Shown here piece after piece: positions 10,776 through 20,546 of a DNA stretch of 64,000 nucleotides. Under the pieces are notes generated by a model. It worked only from the letters and a program-made list of their open reading frames with translations, had not been told where the DNA came from and ran no database searches. Within the stretch, counting starts at the first letter, position 1; each line of letters opens with the position of its first letter. The translations under genes and the position numbers were made by a program. The stretch is from Dehalococcoidia bacterium (GTDB taxonomy: Bacteria > Chloroflexota > Dehalococcoidia > DSTF01 > JACRBR01), in assembly GCA_015478665.1 (NCBI GenBank), contig JADMII010000011.1:13889-77888 (forward strand), written 5' to 3'.

Positions 10776-12410
10776 TCAGCCGGCGCGCGCGTGGTCGGCC
10801 ATACGGTCGGCGATGCGGGCGGCGAGCGCCATGATCGTCAGGGCGGGGTTGGCGCTGCCCTGCGTCGGCAGGATGCTGCCATCGGTGATGTAGAGGTTGG
10901 GGACAGCGAAGGCGCGGCCGTCCGCGTCGACGACGCCGTGGCGCTCGTCGGCGGCCATGCGCGCGCCGCCGACGAGGTGGGCGTAGCGTTTGATCGTGAT
11001 CACTTCTTCGGCGCCGGCGGCGCGCTGGAGGCGCTCCATCACGTCCTGCGCGGCGGCCATCAGCTGGCGGTCGTTGTCGCACTGGGAGTAGGCGAAGTGG
11101 GCGACGCGTAGCCCGTTGCGGTCGCGCTCGTCGGACAGCGTGACGCGATTTTCGGGCTGCGGCAGGAACTCGCAGAGCGCGCCCGTGCAGGTCCAGTGCA
11201 CGTAGTCGCGCAGGTAGGCGCGGAGTGCCTGGCCCCAGTATCCCTGCGCGCAGACGTGCTCGGCCCAGGTGATCGGCAGCGGCGAGACGGTCTGTACCGA
11301 AAAGCCGCGCTTGTACGGCTTCGCCGGGTCGGTCTCGTAGAACTGCTCGCTGCTGACTTCGGGCGGCGGCGCCTTGTACATGCGGATCTCCGCCGGGAAG
11401 CGGCCGGCCGTCTGGGGCGCGCCCTGCACCATCAGGTAGCGCCCGACGAGGTCGAAGTCATTGCAGAGGCCCGCGGGGAAGCGCCTCGACGTGGAGAGGA
11501 GCAGCAGGCGCGGCGTCTCGATCGAATAGCCGGCGACGGCCACGGCGCGCGCGCGCTGCACGTGCGAGATGCCGCCGCGCACGTACTCGACGCCGGTGGC
11601 GCGTCCGCTGCGCTCGTCGATGTGGATGCGTGTGACCATGCTGTTCGGCCGGACCTCGGCGCCGTGGGCGAGGGCGTCGGGGACGTGCGTGATCAGCGGC
11701 GAGGCCTTGGCGTTGACCTTGCAGCCCTGCAGGCAAAAGCCGCGATAGATGCAGTGGGCGCGGTTGCCAAAGCGCCCGTTCGAGATGCCCACCGGCCCCA
11801 CCTTCGCCAGGATCCCGAGCTTCAAGGCGCCGCGCAGGAAGACCTCGCCGTTGCCGCCGACGGGATGCGGACGCTGCGGATAGCCGTGCGGGTCGCCCCA
11901 CGGCCAGTAGTCGCCGGCGACGGGCAGTTCCTCTTCGATATCGCGATAGTAGGGGCGGAGGTCGTCGTACGAGATCGGCCAGTCGGCGCCGACGCCGTCA
12001 TTGGTCCAGGTGCGGAAGTCGCTGGGGTGAAAGCGGGGAGTGTAGCCGGCGAAGTGGACCATCGAGCCGCCGACGCCGCGGCCGGAGTTGTTCGAGCCGA
12101 GCGGTACGGGGTCGCTGCCGCTGATCACGCGCGGCTCCGTCCAGTAGAGGTGGTGCGAGCCACCCTCGTCGCTGACCCAGTCCGCCTCCGGGTCCCAGAA
12201 CGGGCCGGCGTCGAGCGCGACGACGCGCCAGCCGCGCCGCGCGAGCCGCTGCAGCAGCGTGCCGCCGCCGGCGCCGCAGCCGACGATCGCCAGGTCGACC
12301 TCGTCGCTGTCGTCGAAGCGGCGCATGTCGTCGCGCAGCCGGTGGTCGCTGCGGCTGCCCTCGGCGGGCAGGAGCCACGCCGAGGCATTGCGCTCGCGCA
12401 CGCCGCTCAT
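10776..12410 (-). CDS. GMC family flavoprotein oxidoreductase
   Basis: GCGAGGG FAD motif, GVGGSMVH, CIYRGFCLQGC, HLVGGARM and ANPALTI; ATGA overlap with the upstream gene. Confidence 0.9.
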   Translation of the reverse strand: MSGVRERNASAWLLPAEGSRSDHRLRDDMRRFDDSDEVDLAIVGCGAGGGTLLQRLARRGWRVVALDAGPFWDPEADWVSDEGGSHHLYWTEPRVISGSDPVPLGSNNSGRGVGGSMVHFAGYTPRFHPSDFRTWTNDGVGADWPISYDDLRPYYRDIEEELPVAGDYWPWGDPHGYPQRPHPVGGNGEVFLRGALKLGILAKVGPVGISNGRFGNRAHCIYRGFCLQGCKVNAKASPLITHVPDALAHGAEVRPNSMVTRIHIDERSGRATGVEYVRGGISHVQRARAVAVAGYSIETPRLLLLSTSRRFPAGLCNDFDLVGRYLMVQGAPQTAGRFPAEIRMYKAPPPEVSSEQFYETDPAKPYKRGFSVQTVSPLPITWAEHVCAQGYWGQALRAYLRDYVHWTCTGALCEFLPQPENRVTLSDERDRNGLRVAHFAYSQCDNDRQLMAAAQDVMERLQRAAGAEEVITIKRYAHLVGGARMAADERHGVVDADGRAFAVPNLYITDGSILPTQGSANPALTIMALAARIADRMADHARAG

Positions 12411-13048
12411 CGGCGCCTCGCCGCGGGGTCGTCGTCCGGCCGGCGGTCGCGCACTTCGAACGGCTCGCGGGCGTTGACGCCGGCGTGCTTGTAGCCGCGC
12501 GGGTAGGCAGGGCCGGGGAAGCCGATCTCGTTCCAGGCCCAAGGATGCGAGTAGAACGCCGTGCAGGCGTAGCGCGTCCAGAGGCTCCAGACGCGCTCCG
12601 CGTTGAGCCCGTGCCAGGCGCCGGAGCCGAGCGAAAGGATCGACTGCAGCAGCGCCGCCTGCTCGCGTCGGCCGCAGGCGGCGAATGGCAGCGCATGCGC
12701 CGCCATCGCGTCGGCGTCGAGGGCGGCGAGGGTGTCGCGCCAGACCTGCCCGTCCTCGGGCATGTCGTCGTAGTGCCAGCCGTCCGTCTCCTGCTCGGCC
12801 AGGCGCGCGTCGACCATGTTGACGATGGGCACGCGCGGCTCTTCGCGCTGGTCGAGCAGCTGGTCGAAGAGGGCGCGTGCAGCGGCCTCTTCGGTCGGCG
12901 TGAAGAAGCGGACATCGGGCGGCATGCCGATGCGCTTCATGACGACGCCGACCGTGACGTCATCCCAAGCGCCGGTCTGGGCGAGGACGTTGAAGCCGGG
13001 GAAGCGCTCGTTGCGGCTACGTCCGGGCGTAGCGTCGGCCTCGCTCAC
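12407..13048 (-). CDS. Gluconate 2-dehydrogenase subunit 3-like protein
   Basis: F..LD..EQ..LL-type segment and AFYSHPWAWNEIGFPGP..PRGY; GTG start overlapping the upstream stop (GTGA). Confidence 0.82.
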   Translation of the reverse strand: MSEADATPGRSRNERFPGFNVLAQTGAWDDVTVGVVMKRIGMPPDVRFFTPTEEAAARALFDQLLDQREEPRVPIVNMVDARLAEQETDGWHYDDMPEDGQVWRDTLAALDADAMAAHALPFAACGRREQAALLQSILSLGSGAWHGLNAERVWSLWTRYACTAFYSHPWAWNEIGFPGPAYPRGYKHAGVNAREPFEVRDRRPDDDPAARRR

Positions 13049-13614
13049 GTCTCGCGCCGGAGGATGGCGGCGAGCAGGCCCATGCCGCCGACGAGGGTGA
13101 CGAGGAGCGGCGCCAGCAGCGGCGGCCCCATCTCCATGTTGTAGCGGAAGTTCGACCAGCCGCCCGGCTTCTGGGCGATGCCGCGCGCGTGCAGGTAGGT
13201 GCCCTGCAGGCCGTTGGCGACGATCGTCGCCGAGGCGATGGGCAGCACCGTCTTCGCCATGCGCTTGTCGAGGAAGCCCGCGACACCGGCGGCGGCGCCG
13301 ACTGGCCCGAGGATAACCGGCAGCCACATCATCGTGTTCCCGAAGCTCGCCTTGTCGTGCTCGAAAAAGATCTCCGCGGCCGTGACGACGGAGCCGACCG
13401 CCGTCAGCGCCGAGAGGCTGCGCTCGAAGCGCCCGGTCTCGATGTTGCGCAGCATCCGGTCGATGCCGTACTCGCCCTCGGCGGCGGCCTCGCGCGCCCG
13501 CGCGGCGATCTGCCCGGCGATGCGCTCGGCGCCGGCGGCCGGGCCGTCGGGCGCGTATGCGGAAGCGAGCTCGCGAGCGTCGCCGCCGATGCGGCGTAGG
13601 AGCGCGGGGGGCAT
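13045..13614 (-). CDS. Hypothetical membrane protein, first gene of the GMC triad
   Basis: About 4 hydrophobic segments, EH.K..F, LHARG and GPPLLAP; purine-rich RBS upstream. Confidence 0.7.
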   Translation of the reverse strand: MPPALLRRIGGDARELASAYAPDGPAAGAERIAGQIAARAREAAAEGEYGIDRMLRNIETGRFERSLSALTAVGSVVTAAEIFFEHDKASFGNTMMWLPVILGPVGAAAGVAGFLDKRMAKTVLPIASATIVANGLQGTYLHARGIAQKPGGWSNFRYNMEMGPPLLAPLLVTLVGGMGLLAAILRRET

Positions 13615-13791
13615 GCCTTATTCCCTTTCGCTGGGCGCGCGCCGGACGGCGCTGCCGCCGCGCACATCGATCCGATGCTACAGCGACGCGCCTCATCGTT
13701 CGATACTCCGAGGCGGTGAGTGTCGGCCGGGCAGCGCCGGAGACGCCGCCTGGACGCCCCCGATCGTCGCTCCTGGGTGGTAAGGCGACCG

Positions 13792-15102
13792 CTACACCGC
13801 TTCGAGGATCGTCGAGATGCCCATGCCGGCGCCGATGCACTGCGTGGCCAGCGCGTAGCGCGTGCCGGAGCGGCGCAACTCGTGGGCGACGGTCGAGACG
13901 AGGCGCGCGCCCGTCGCGCCCAGCGGGTGGCCGATGGCGATCGAGCCGCCGTTGACGTTGACCCTGTCGAGCGGGATGCCGAGTTCCCTGCACGAGGGGA
14001 TGACCTGCGCCGCGAAGGCCTCGTTGAACTCGACGCGGTCGATCTGGTCGGCGTCGATGCCGGCGTGGCGCAGCGCCTTCTTCGTCGAGGGCACAGGGCC
14101 GAGGCCCATCACCTGCGGTTTCACGCCGGCGACCCCCATGCCGATGATGCGCGCCAGTGGCTCGAGCTTGAGCTCGCGCGCCCGGTCCTCGCTCATCAGC
14201 AGCGCGGCGGTGATGCCGTCGTTCGTCGGGCAGGAGTTGCCGGCGGTGATGACGAGCTCCTTGTTGCCGTAGCTCTGGATGCCGCCGACGGGCTTCAGTG
14301 CGGAGAGGCCTTCCATGTTCGTGCCGCGGCGCAGCCCCTCGTCGACCTCGAAGACGACGCTCTTCCCGTGCTCGTCGGGGAGCCAGTTGCCCTCGGCGTC
14401 GAAGACCGGCGTCTCGAGCTCGAGCGGAATGATCTCGTCCTGGTAGATCCCCCTGTCGTACGCCTCGGCCGTGCGGCGGTGGCTCTCGACGGCGTACTCG
14501 TCCATCTCCTCGCGCGAGAGGCCGTAGACCTCGGCGACGTTCTGCGCCGTCTGGGTCATCGACATGACGGGTGGTGCATCGAGGATGTAGTCCGGGAAGG
14601 GGACGGAGAAGTTGGCGGCGTGGTCGGGCGCCACGTTGCGCTGCTCCGGCGTCGACTCGAAGCGCTTCTTGTTGAACTCGGTGACGCGGTTGCGCTCACC
14701 GCGGGCGCCGCCGCCGCCGCCGAGCGAACGCCCCATGCGCTCAATGCCGAGCGCGATGGCGCAGTCCGTGGCGCCGACCATGATCGACTGGGCGACGCGG
14801 TGCAGCGTCTCCATGCTCGAGCCGCACTGGCGGTTGGTGTCGAAGGAGCAGACCTCGGCCGGCAAACCGGCGAGCCGCGAGACGTTATTGGCGCCGATGC
14901 CGGCGAGCTCCGGCGCGCCCATCACGTTGCCGAGGCCGATGTCCTCGATCATCCACGGGCTGACCTTCTTGTTGCGGTCGAGCAGCGCGCGCAGGACGAG
15001 TGCGGCGTTGTCATCGAGCCGATTCCCGACCATGACGCCGCGGCCGCCGCGGGCGAAGGCGGAACGGACACCATCGACGAGGACGACGTTTCTGAGTTCC
15101 AT
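13792..15102 (-). CDS. Thiolase (acetyl-CoA C-acyltransferase)
   Basis: NRQCGSS, AGNS..NDG, NEAF, GHPLGATG and CIGAGMG; GGAGG RBS before ATG 15102. Confidence 0.92.
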   Translation of the reverse strand: MELRNVVLVDGVRSAFARGGRGVMVGNRLDDNAALVLRALLDRNKKVSPWMIEDIGLGNVMGAPELAGIGANNVSRLAGLPAEVCSFDTNRQCGSSMETLHRVAQSIMVGATDCAIALGIERMGRSLGGGGGARGERNRVTEFNKKRFESTPEQRNVAPDHAANFSVPFPDYILDAPPVMSMTQTAQNVAEVYGLSREEMDEYAVESHRRTAEAYDRGIYQDEIIPLELETPVFDAEGNWLPDEHGKSVVFEVDEGLRRGTNMEGLSALKPVGGIQSYGNKELVITAGNSCPTNDGITAALLMSEDRARELKLEPLARIIGMGVAGVKPQVMGLGPVPSTKKALRHAGIDADQIDRVEFNEAFAAQVIPSCRELGIPLDRVNVNGGSIAIGHPLGATGARLVSTVAHELRRSGTRYALATQCIGAGMGISTILEAV

Positions 15103-15234
15103 GGAAGCCTCCTTTGGCTCGATCATACGGCGGGCGCGGCGTTCATGGTAGCAGGCCGGAGCGCGGCGGCCGAAGGAGATCCAGGGACGCGGATTGCCGA
15201 GATCTTCTGCGATGACCGCGTGCCACCGGCCGGT

Positions 15235-16020
15235 CTAGACCACCAGCCACTGATAGAACAGGTACACCAGCGCGAAGGCGAACAACTGCGAGTCCAGACG
15301 GTCGAGGACGCCGCCGTGCCCCGGGATGAGCTCGCTCGCGTCCTTGATGCGCATCGCGCGCTTCAGCGCCGACTCGGCGAGGTCGCCGGCGGTCGCGAAC
15401 GGCGGCAGCAGCAGCGCCAGCACGGCGATCTGCCAGCCCGTGATCCGAAGGCCGAGGAGGTAGTTGAGCAGCACGACGGCCGCGAACCCCGCCGCGTAGC
15501 CGCCGACGAATCCCTCGACCGTCTTCGCCGCGCTGATGCGCGGCGCCAGCCGGCGACGACCCAGCGCGCGTCCGCAGAAGTACGCTGCCGTATCGGTGGC
15601 AAACGTCGCGAACACCGTCAGGTACACCCAGTCGCGGCCGTCCGGCAGGTCGCGGACGAGCACGACGAAGCTTCCCAGGACGCCGACGTACAGGAGCGCC
15701 CCGGTCGTCCACGACCAGTCGATGGGCGCCGTGTCGACATCGAACCGGGCGACGAGCATGACCAGCGACGCGAGGACGGCGGCGGCTGTGGCCCAGAGCA
15801 CCCAGTTGTATCCGGCGTGCGCACCGCCGGCCATCGCCGCCGCTGCCGTCGCTGCGAGCAGGCTCATCGGCGAGAGCCAGCCGAAGCGCGGCCGCTGGAA
15901 CTCGAGCGCAGCGACAGCGAGCGCCGCCGCCACCGCAGCCGCGTACCAGTCGCCGCCGACGAGGATGAGGACGAAGATCAGCGGCACGCCCGCCGCCGCG
16001 ACGAGCACGCGCTGCGCCAG
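15235..16020 (-). CDS. cdsA: Phosphatidate cytidylyltransferase (start uncertain)
   Basis: DTAAYF.G, KTVEG and GDLAES.LKR...KD...IPGHGGVLDRLDS; directly follows uppS. Confidence 0.9.
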   Translation of the reverse strand: MAQRVLVAAAGVPLIFVLILVGGDWYAAAVAAALAVAALEFQRPRFGWLSPMSLLAATAAAAMAGGAHAGYNWVLWATAAAVLASLVMLVARFDVDTAPIDWSWTTGALLYVGVLGSFVVLVRDLPDGRDWVYLTVFATFATDTAAYFCGRALGRRRLAPRISAAKTVEGFVGGYAAGFAAVVLLNYLLGLRITGWQIAVLALLLPPFATAGDLAESALKRAMRIKDASELIPGHGGVLDRLDSQLFAFALVYLFYQWLVV

Positions 16021-16030
16021 CGCCGACGGG

Positions 16031-16813
16031 CTAGCGGCCGTTGCCCGCGGCGTGCCCGGCGTCCTGGCCGCCGTCGTCGCTGACGCCGCCGAAGCGCCGG
16101 TCGCGCCGCGCGTAGGCGGCGAGGGCGCGGTCGACCTCCGCGGTGTCGAAGTCCGGCCAGAAGGTGGACGTGGCATAGAGCTCCGCGTACGACGACTGCC
16201 AGAGCAGGAAGTTCGAGAGCCGCACCTCGCCGGCGGTGCGGATCACGAGGTCCGGGTCCGGCAGTCCCGCAGTGTACAGGTACGACGAGAACAGCTGCTC
16301 GTCGACGCGCTCCGGCGGCACCCCGTCCGCCATCAGCCGCTTCACCGCGCCGATGATCTCCGCGCGGCTGCCGTAGTTGAAGGCGACGGCCACCGTCATC
16401 CGGTCGTTGTCCTTCGTCAGGGCGATCGCCTGCTCGACCTTCTTCCGGATCTCCGGCTCCAGCGGCTGCAGGTCGCCGATGTGCACGAGCCGCACGCCGT
16501 TCCGGTGCAGCTCCTTCACCTCACGGTTGATGACGCGGCCGATGAGCCGCATGAGCGCGTTCACCTCGCGCCGCGGCCGGGTCCAGTTCTCGGTCGAAAA
16601 CGCGTACAGGGTCAGCACCTCGACGCCGCGCTCCCCGAACGTCCGGATGATGTTGCGGATGTTCTCCGTCCCGGCCCGGTGGCCGGCGTTGCGCGAGAGG
16701 CCGCGCTGCTCCGCCCAGCGGCCGTTGCCGTCCATGATGATGGCGACGTGCCGGGGTACGCGCGGACGATGACCGTTGAGGTCGGTGAGGGTCGGTGCCG
16801 GTTCAGCGATCAC
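16031..16813 (-). CDS. uppS: Polyprenyl (undecaprenyl) diphosphate synthase
   Basis: HVAIIMDGNGRWA, YAFSTENW.RP, IRTAGE.RLSNFLLWQ and RRFGG. Confidence 0.95.
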   Translation of the reverse strand: MIAEPAPTLTDLNGHRPRVPRHVAIIMDGNGRWAEQRGLSRNAGHRAGTENIRNIIRTFGERGVEVLTLYAFSTENWTRPRREVNALMRLIGRVINREVKELHRNGVRLVHIGDLQPLEPEIRKKVEQAIALTKDNDRMTVAVAFNYGSRAEIIGAVKRLMADGVPPERVDEQLFSSYLYTAGLPDPDLVIRTAGEVRLSNFLLWQSSYAELYATSTFWPDFDTAEVDRALAAYARRDRRFGGVSDDGGQDAGHAAGNGR

Positions 16814-16844
16814 GTTGCGTCCAGTACTCTCTGCCGCATCGATG

Positions 16845-17402
16845 TCAGACCTCGAGCAGCTCCTGCTCTTTCGCATGGCCGTGGCGGTCGATCTCGGCGA
16901 CGAAGTGATCCGTCAGCCTCTGCAACTGCTCCTGCGCCCGCCGTCCTTCGTCGTCGGAGATCGTTTTGTCGTGCTGCAGCTTGCGCAGCTCGTCGAGGCT
17001 ATCGCGGCGGACGTTGCGGACGGCCACGCGTCCTTCCTCGACCTTCTTGTGCACGACCTTCACCAAGTCCTTGCGTCGGTCCTCCGTCAGCGCCGGCACG
17101 ACGAGGCGGATGATGTTGCCGTCGTTCGTCGGGTTCAGGCCGAGGTCCGACTTCTGGATCGCCTTCTCAATCGTGCCCAACTGACTCCTGTCCCAGGGAG
17201 CGATGGTGATCAGGCGCGGCTCCGGGGAGTGGATCGTCGCCAGCTGGTTGAGCGGCGTCGGCGAGCCGTAGTACTCCACCTTCAGCCCCTCGACGAGCGC
17301 CGGCCGCGCGCGTCCGGTGCGCACGGTCTCGAGGTCGCGGTCGAGCGCGACGACGGCGCTCTGCATGCGATGCTCGGCGTCGCTCAACGTCTCGGCGATC
17401 AT
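16845..17402 (-). CDS. frr: Ribosome recycling factor
   Basis: RTGRA, YYGSPTPLNQLA, LGLNP.NDG and RNVRRD. Confidence 0.97.
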   Translation of the reverse strand: MIAETLSDAEHRMQSAVVALDRDLETVRTGRARPALVEGLKVEYYGSPTPLNQLATIHSPEPRLITIAPWDRSQLGTIEKAIQKSDLGLNPTNDGNIIRLVVPALTEDRRKDLVKVVHKKVEEGRVAVRNVRRDSLDELRKLQHDKTISDDEGRRAQEQLQRLTDHFVAEIDRHGHAKEQELLEV

Positions 17403-17484
17403 CGAATCCGACCCCTCCCCGCGGCTGCCCGGCGCCTGCCGGCATGGTACATCACCCCGCTCGGGCGGCGATGCGCCGCTCGCA

Positions 17485-18246
17485 TCACGATGGCGTCGTC
17501 AGCGCCGGCGCCAGCGTCGTCTTGCCGCTCGCCACGCGCGTGCCGATCGTCTCGCCGCGCACGGCCCGCACGATGGCATCGGGCGAGGCGACGTCGAAGA
17601 CGAGGATGGGCAGGTCGTTGTCCATGCAGAGCGAGAGCGCGGTGCTGTCCATCACCTCGAGCCGGCGGCTGATCGCGTCCATGTACGTCAGCTCGCTGAA
17701 GCGCCGGGCCTGCGGGTGCTTCACCGGATCCGCGTCGTAGACGCCGTCGACGCGGTTCTTCGACATCAGCAGCACCTGCGCCTCGATCTCGATCGCGCGC
17801 AGGGCCGCCGCCGTGTCGGTCGTCATGTAGGGGTTGCCGGTGCCCGCCGCAAAGATGACGACGCGGCCCTTCTCCAGGTGCCGCACGGCGCGTCGCCGGA
17901 TGTAGGGCTCGGCGACCTGCGGCACCGGGATCGCCGTCTGCGTCCGCACCTCGGCGCCCACCTGCTCGATGGCGTCCTGGAGCGCCAACGCGTTGATCAC
18001 CGTCGCGAGCATGCCCGCGTAGTCCGCCGTCGCCCGGTCCATCCCGGTCTGGCTCGCCGTTGCCCCGCGCCAGATGTTGCCGCCGCCGACGACGACCGCC
18101 ATCTCGACGCCGAACTCCTTCACGGCGCTCGTGATCTGCACCGCGATGCGGTTGAGCGTCACCGGGTCAATGCCTGAAGACAGGCCGCCCATGAGCGCCT
18201 CGCCGCTCACCTTGAGCAGCACGCGCGAGTAGGTCGCCTCGGGCAT
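17485..18246 (-). CDS. pyrH: UMP kinase
   Basis: [26 protein letters not shown] and MDSTAL. Confidence 0.97.
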   Translation of the reverse strand: MPEATYSRVLLKVSGEALMGGLSSGIDPVTLNRIAVQITSAVKEFGVEMAVVVGGGNIWRGATASQTGMDRATADYAGMLATVINALALQDAIEQVGAEVRTQTAIPVPQVAEPYIRRRAVRHLEKGRVVIFAAGTGNPYMTTDTAAALRAIEIEAQVLLMSKNRVDGVYDADPVKHPQARRFSELTYMDAISRRLEVMDSTALSLCMDNDLPILVFDVASPDAIVRAVRGETIGTRVASGKTTLAPALTTPS

Positions 18247-18264
18247 CGTGCACCCCCGGGTTGT

Positions 18265-18768
18265 CTACTGGCCGAGCTCGTATCGGGCGAAGCGCCGCAC
18301 GCGGATGTTCTCGCCGGTCTGCGCGATCGCTTCCTTCACCAGCTGCTCGATCGTGCGGGAGCCATCGCGGATGAACGGCTGCTTCAGCAGCACGGTCTCC
18401 TCCGGGCTGCCCTCGGCGTCCGCCGGCAGCTCCTCTTCGCTGACGACGAGCGTGCCCGGCACCCCGGCGATCTGCATCGCGATATCGTGGGCGAGCGTCT
18501 TGAAGGTGTCCGTCCGCGCGACGAAGTCCGTCTCACAGTTCACTTCGACGAGCACGCCGATGCGGCCACCCGCGTGGATGTACGACTCGACCAGCCCCTG
18601 CGACGTCTCGCGTCCGGCGCGCTTCTCGGCGCCGGCGATGCCCTTCTCCCGCAGGATCTGCACCGCCTGCTCGACGCTGCCGTTGGCCTCGTCGAGCGCG
18701 CGCTTGCAGTCCATCACACCGGCGCCGGTCTGCTCGCGCAGGCTCCTCACGTCTTCTGCTGTCGCCAA
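18265..18768 (-). CDS. tsf: Elongation factor Ts (short form)
   Basis: LRE.TGAG.MDCK.AL, EVNCETDFVA and GENI.VRRF; TTG start. Confidence 0.95.
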   Translation of the reverse strand: MATAEDVRSLREQTGAGVMDCKRALDEANGSVEQAVQILREKGIAGAEKRAGRETSQGLVESYIHAGGRIGVLVEVNCETDFVARTDTFKTLAHDIAMQIAGVPGTLVVSEEELPADAEGSPEETVLLKQPFIRDGSRTIEQLVKEAIAQTGENIRVRRFARYELGQ

Positions 18769-18789
18769 CGTCCGTGTCCTCTCTCGAAC

Positions 18790-19638
18790 TCAAGCCTGCG
18801 GCCCGGCAGCTGCGCCCTCCTGCGCCGCCGCGGCGGCCTGCGGCGACTCATCGTCGGGCGATGCCGAGAACGTGCCGGAGGCGATCGATGCCGGATCGAG
18901 CCCCTCGCTGTCGTCCGCTTCGCTCGCGTAGTTCTCGATCGTCCGCCCCTCGATGATCGCGTCGGCGATCCGGCTCGCCATCAGCCGCACGGCGCGGATC
19001 GCGTCGTCGTTCGAAGGGATCGGATAGTCCACTTCGTCCGGGTTTGAGTTCGTATCACACATCGCGATGATCGGGATGCGCATGCGCAGCCCCTCGGTGA
19101 CCGCGATGCGCTCCATCGGCGGGTCGACGATGAACAGCGCGCCCGGCAGCCGGCGCATGCTCTTGATGCCGCCGAAGTAGCGGTTCATCTTCTCGATCTC
19201 TTCGTTGAGCTTGCCCGCCTCCTTCTTCAGCAGGATGCTGAATTCGCCGCGGTCGCGCCGGTCTTCGAGCCGCAGCAGATGGTCGATGCGCCGCTCCATC
19301 GTCTGGAAGTTCGTCAACGTGCCGCCGAGCCAGCGGTTGGTGACGTACGGCATGCCGCAGCGCGTCGCCTCCTGCTCGATCGACTCCTGGGCCTGCTTCT
19401 TCGTCCCGACGAACAGCACCGTCTGTCCGCGCGCCGACACGCTGCGCGCGAATTCCATCGCCTGCTGCAAGAGCGGTACCGTCTGCTGCAGGTCGATGAT
19501 GTGGATGCCGTTGCGCTCGGTGAAGATGAACGGCTTCATGCGTGGGTCCCAACGGCGCGTCTGGTGGCCGAAGTGGACGCCGGCTTCGAGCAGCGACTTC
19601 ATCGATACGGGCGCGGCGGCTGCGGCTGCGGTGGTCAT
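18790..19638 (-). CDS. rpsB: 30S ribosomal protein S2
   Basis: [22 protein letters not shown] and DTN...IP.NDDAIR. Confidence 0.97.
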   Translation of the reverse strand: MTTAAAAAAPVSMKSLLEAGVHFGHQTRRWDPRMKPFIFTERNGIHIIDLQQTVPLLQQAMEFARSVSARGQTVLFVGTKKQAQESIEQEATRCGMPYVTNRWLGGTLTNFQTMERRIDHLLRLEDRRDRGEFSILLKKEAGKLNEEIEKMNRYFGGIKSMRRLPGALFIVDPPMERIAVTEGLRMRIPIIAMCDTNSNPDEVDYPIPSNDDAIRAVRLMASRIADAIIEGRTIENYASEADDSEGLDPASIASGTFSASPDDESPQAAAAAQEGAAAGPQA

Positions 19639-19716
19639 GGCGCTCATCCTCCCGGACATAAATTTGAGGCCGCAGTTGGCCCCAGGTCCGGTTCGTCCGT
19701 GGTCAGTTCCGGCGAA

Positions 19717-19746
19717 AGTATATCAGCGGCCGCCCCGGTCCGGCAA
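19717..19746 (-). promoter_or_regulatory. Putative rpsB operon promoter
   Basis: Minus strand TTGCCG-N18-TATACT with an extended -10 TG. Confidence 0.6.
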
Positions 19747-19776
19747 TCGAGGCTGCTTGCGGGTAGTGATGGAAGA

Positions 19777-19812
19777 CCTCACCCCCGGCCCCTCTCCCAC
19801 GAGGGGAGGGGG
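19777..19812. repeat. boxC/REP-like pyrimidine-purine palindromic element
   Basis: CCTCACCCCCGGCCCCTCTCCC-ACGA-GGGGAGGGGG hairpin; single copy in this window. Confidence 0.5.
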
Positions 19813-20060
19813 CGGCCCGAGCGCTGGGGCGGTGGCCCGCTCTCGCCGACATCTGCCCGCAGCTGAGGGCTCCGATCACCGACGCGACCACCGGCGAGAA
19901 CGAGGGATGCGTGCCAACCTGACGCTCGACGACGTGCGCGGCATGCCGCCGAACTGCCCGCGCCAGCCCGTACCGGCGGCGCGAGAACGCACGGCGCGAC
20001 GTCGTGCTCCGCTCCGGCTGAGTTGTCCGCGCGCCGCGCGAGGCCACATACTGACGGCTG

Positions 20061-20546
20061 ATGATGCGCTTCAACCGGGAGCTCCCGAACGGCAACCCGC
20101 AAGCCCTCGTACTCGCCATCCCTGGTGAGGGGCCGCTGCACGGCTACGAGGTCGCGAAGGAGCTCGGGCGGCGAGGCGACGACGCCCTCCGCCTTGTCCA
20201 CAGTCTCCCGTACCCCACCCTCGATCGCCTCGAAGCGCAGGGACTGATCGCCGGCGAGTGGGAGCAGATGACGGGCACGCCGACTCGCACGCGCGATGTC
20301 ATCACGGAGCGCGGCCGCGACGAGCTGCGCGCGTACATCGAAGCCGAAGCGCGCCAGCAGCCTGGCCGCGAGCCGCGCGCCTCGCGGAGCACGCCGGCGC
20401 GCCGCCGGCCGCCCGGGCAGCCGGCCGGCGCCGTGCTCGCGGAGCACCGGCGCGCAGGCGACCTGCCGGACGTCCGGCTGGCGCAGGCGCGCGCCGCGTC
20501 GCCGCTCGTCGGCACCGTCACGCCGATGGACCTGGGGCCGACGTGA
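20061..20546 (+). CDS. PadR-family transcriptional regulator, apparently degenerate
   Basis: GPLHGYE..., YP.L.RLE..GLI...W and ITERGR; several prolines in predicted helices and a low-complexity tail. Confidence 0.6.
   Translation: MMRFNRELPNGNPQALVLAIPGEGPLHGYEVAKELGRRGDDALRLVHSLPYPTLDRLEAQGLIAGEWEQMTGTPTRTRDVITERGRDELRAYIEAEARQQPGREPRASRSTPARRRPPGQPAGAVLAEHRRAGDLPDVRLAQARAASPLVGTVTPMDLGPT

Noticed and set aside
8770-11082. 770-aa minus-strand ORF and many similar long Arg/Ala/Pro-rich ORFs (e.g. 3778-5727, 13720-16083, 31565-33844, 57387-59336)
   Set aside because: Off-frame or antisense shadows of well-supported genes; expected when stop codons are rare in high-GC DNA
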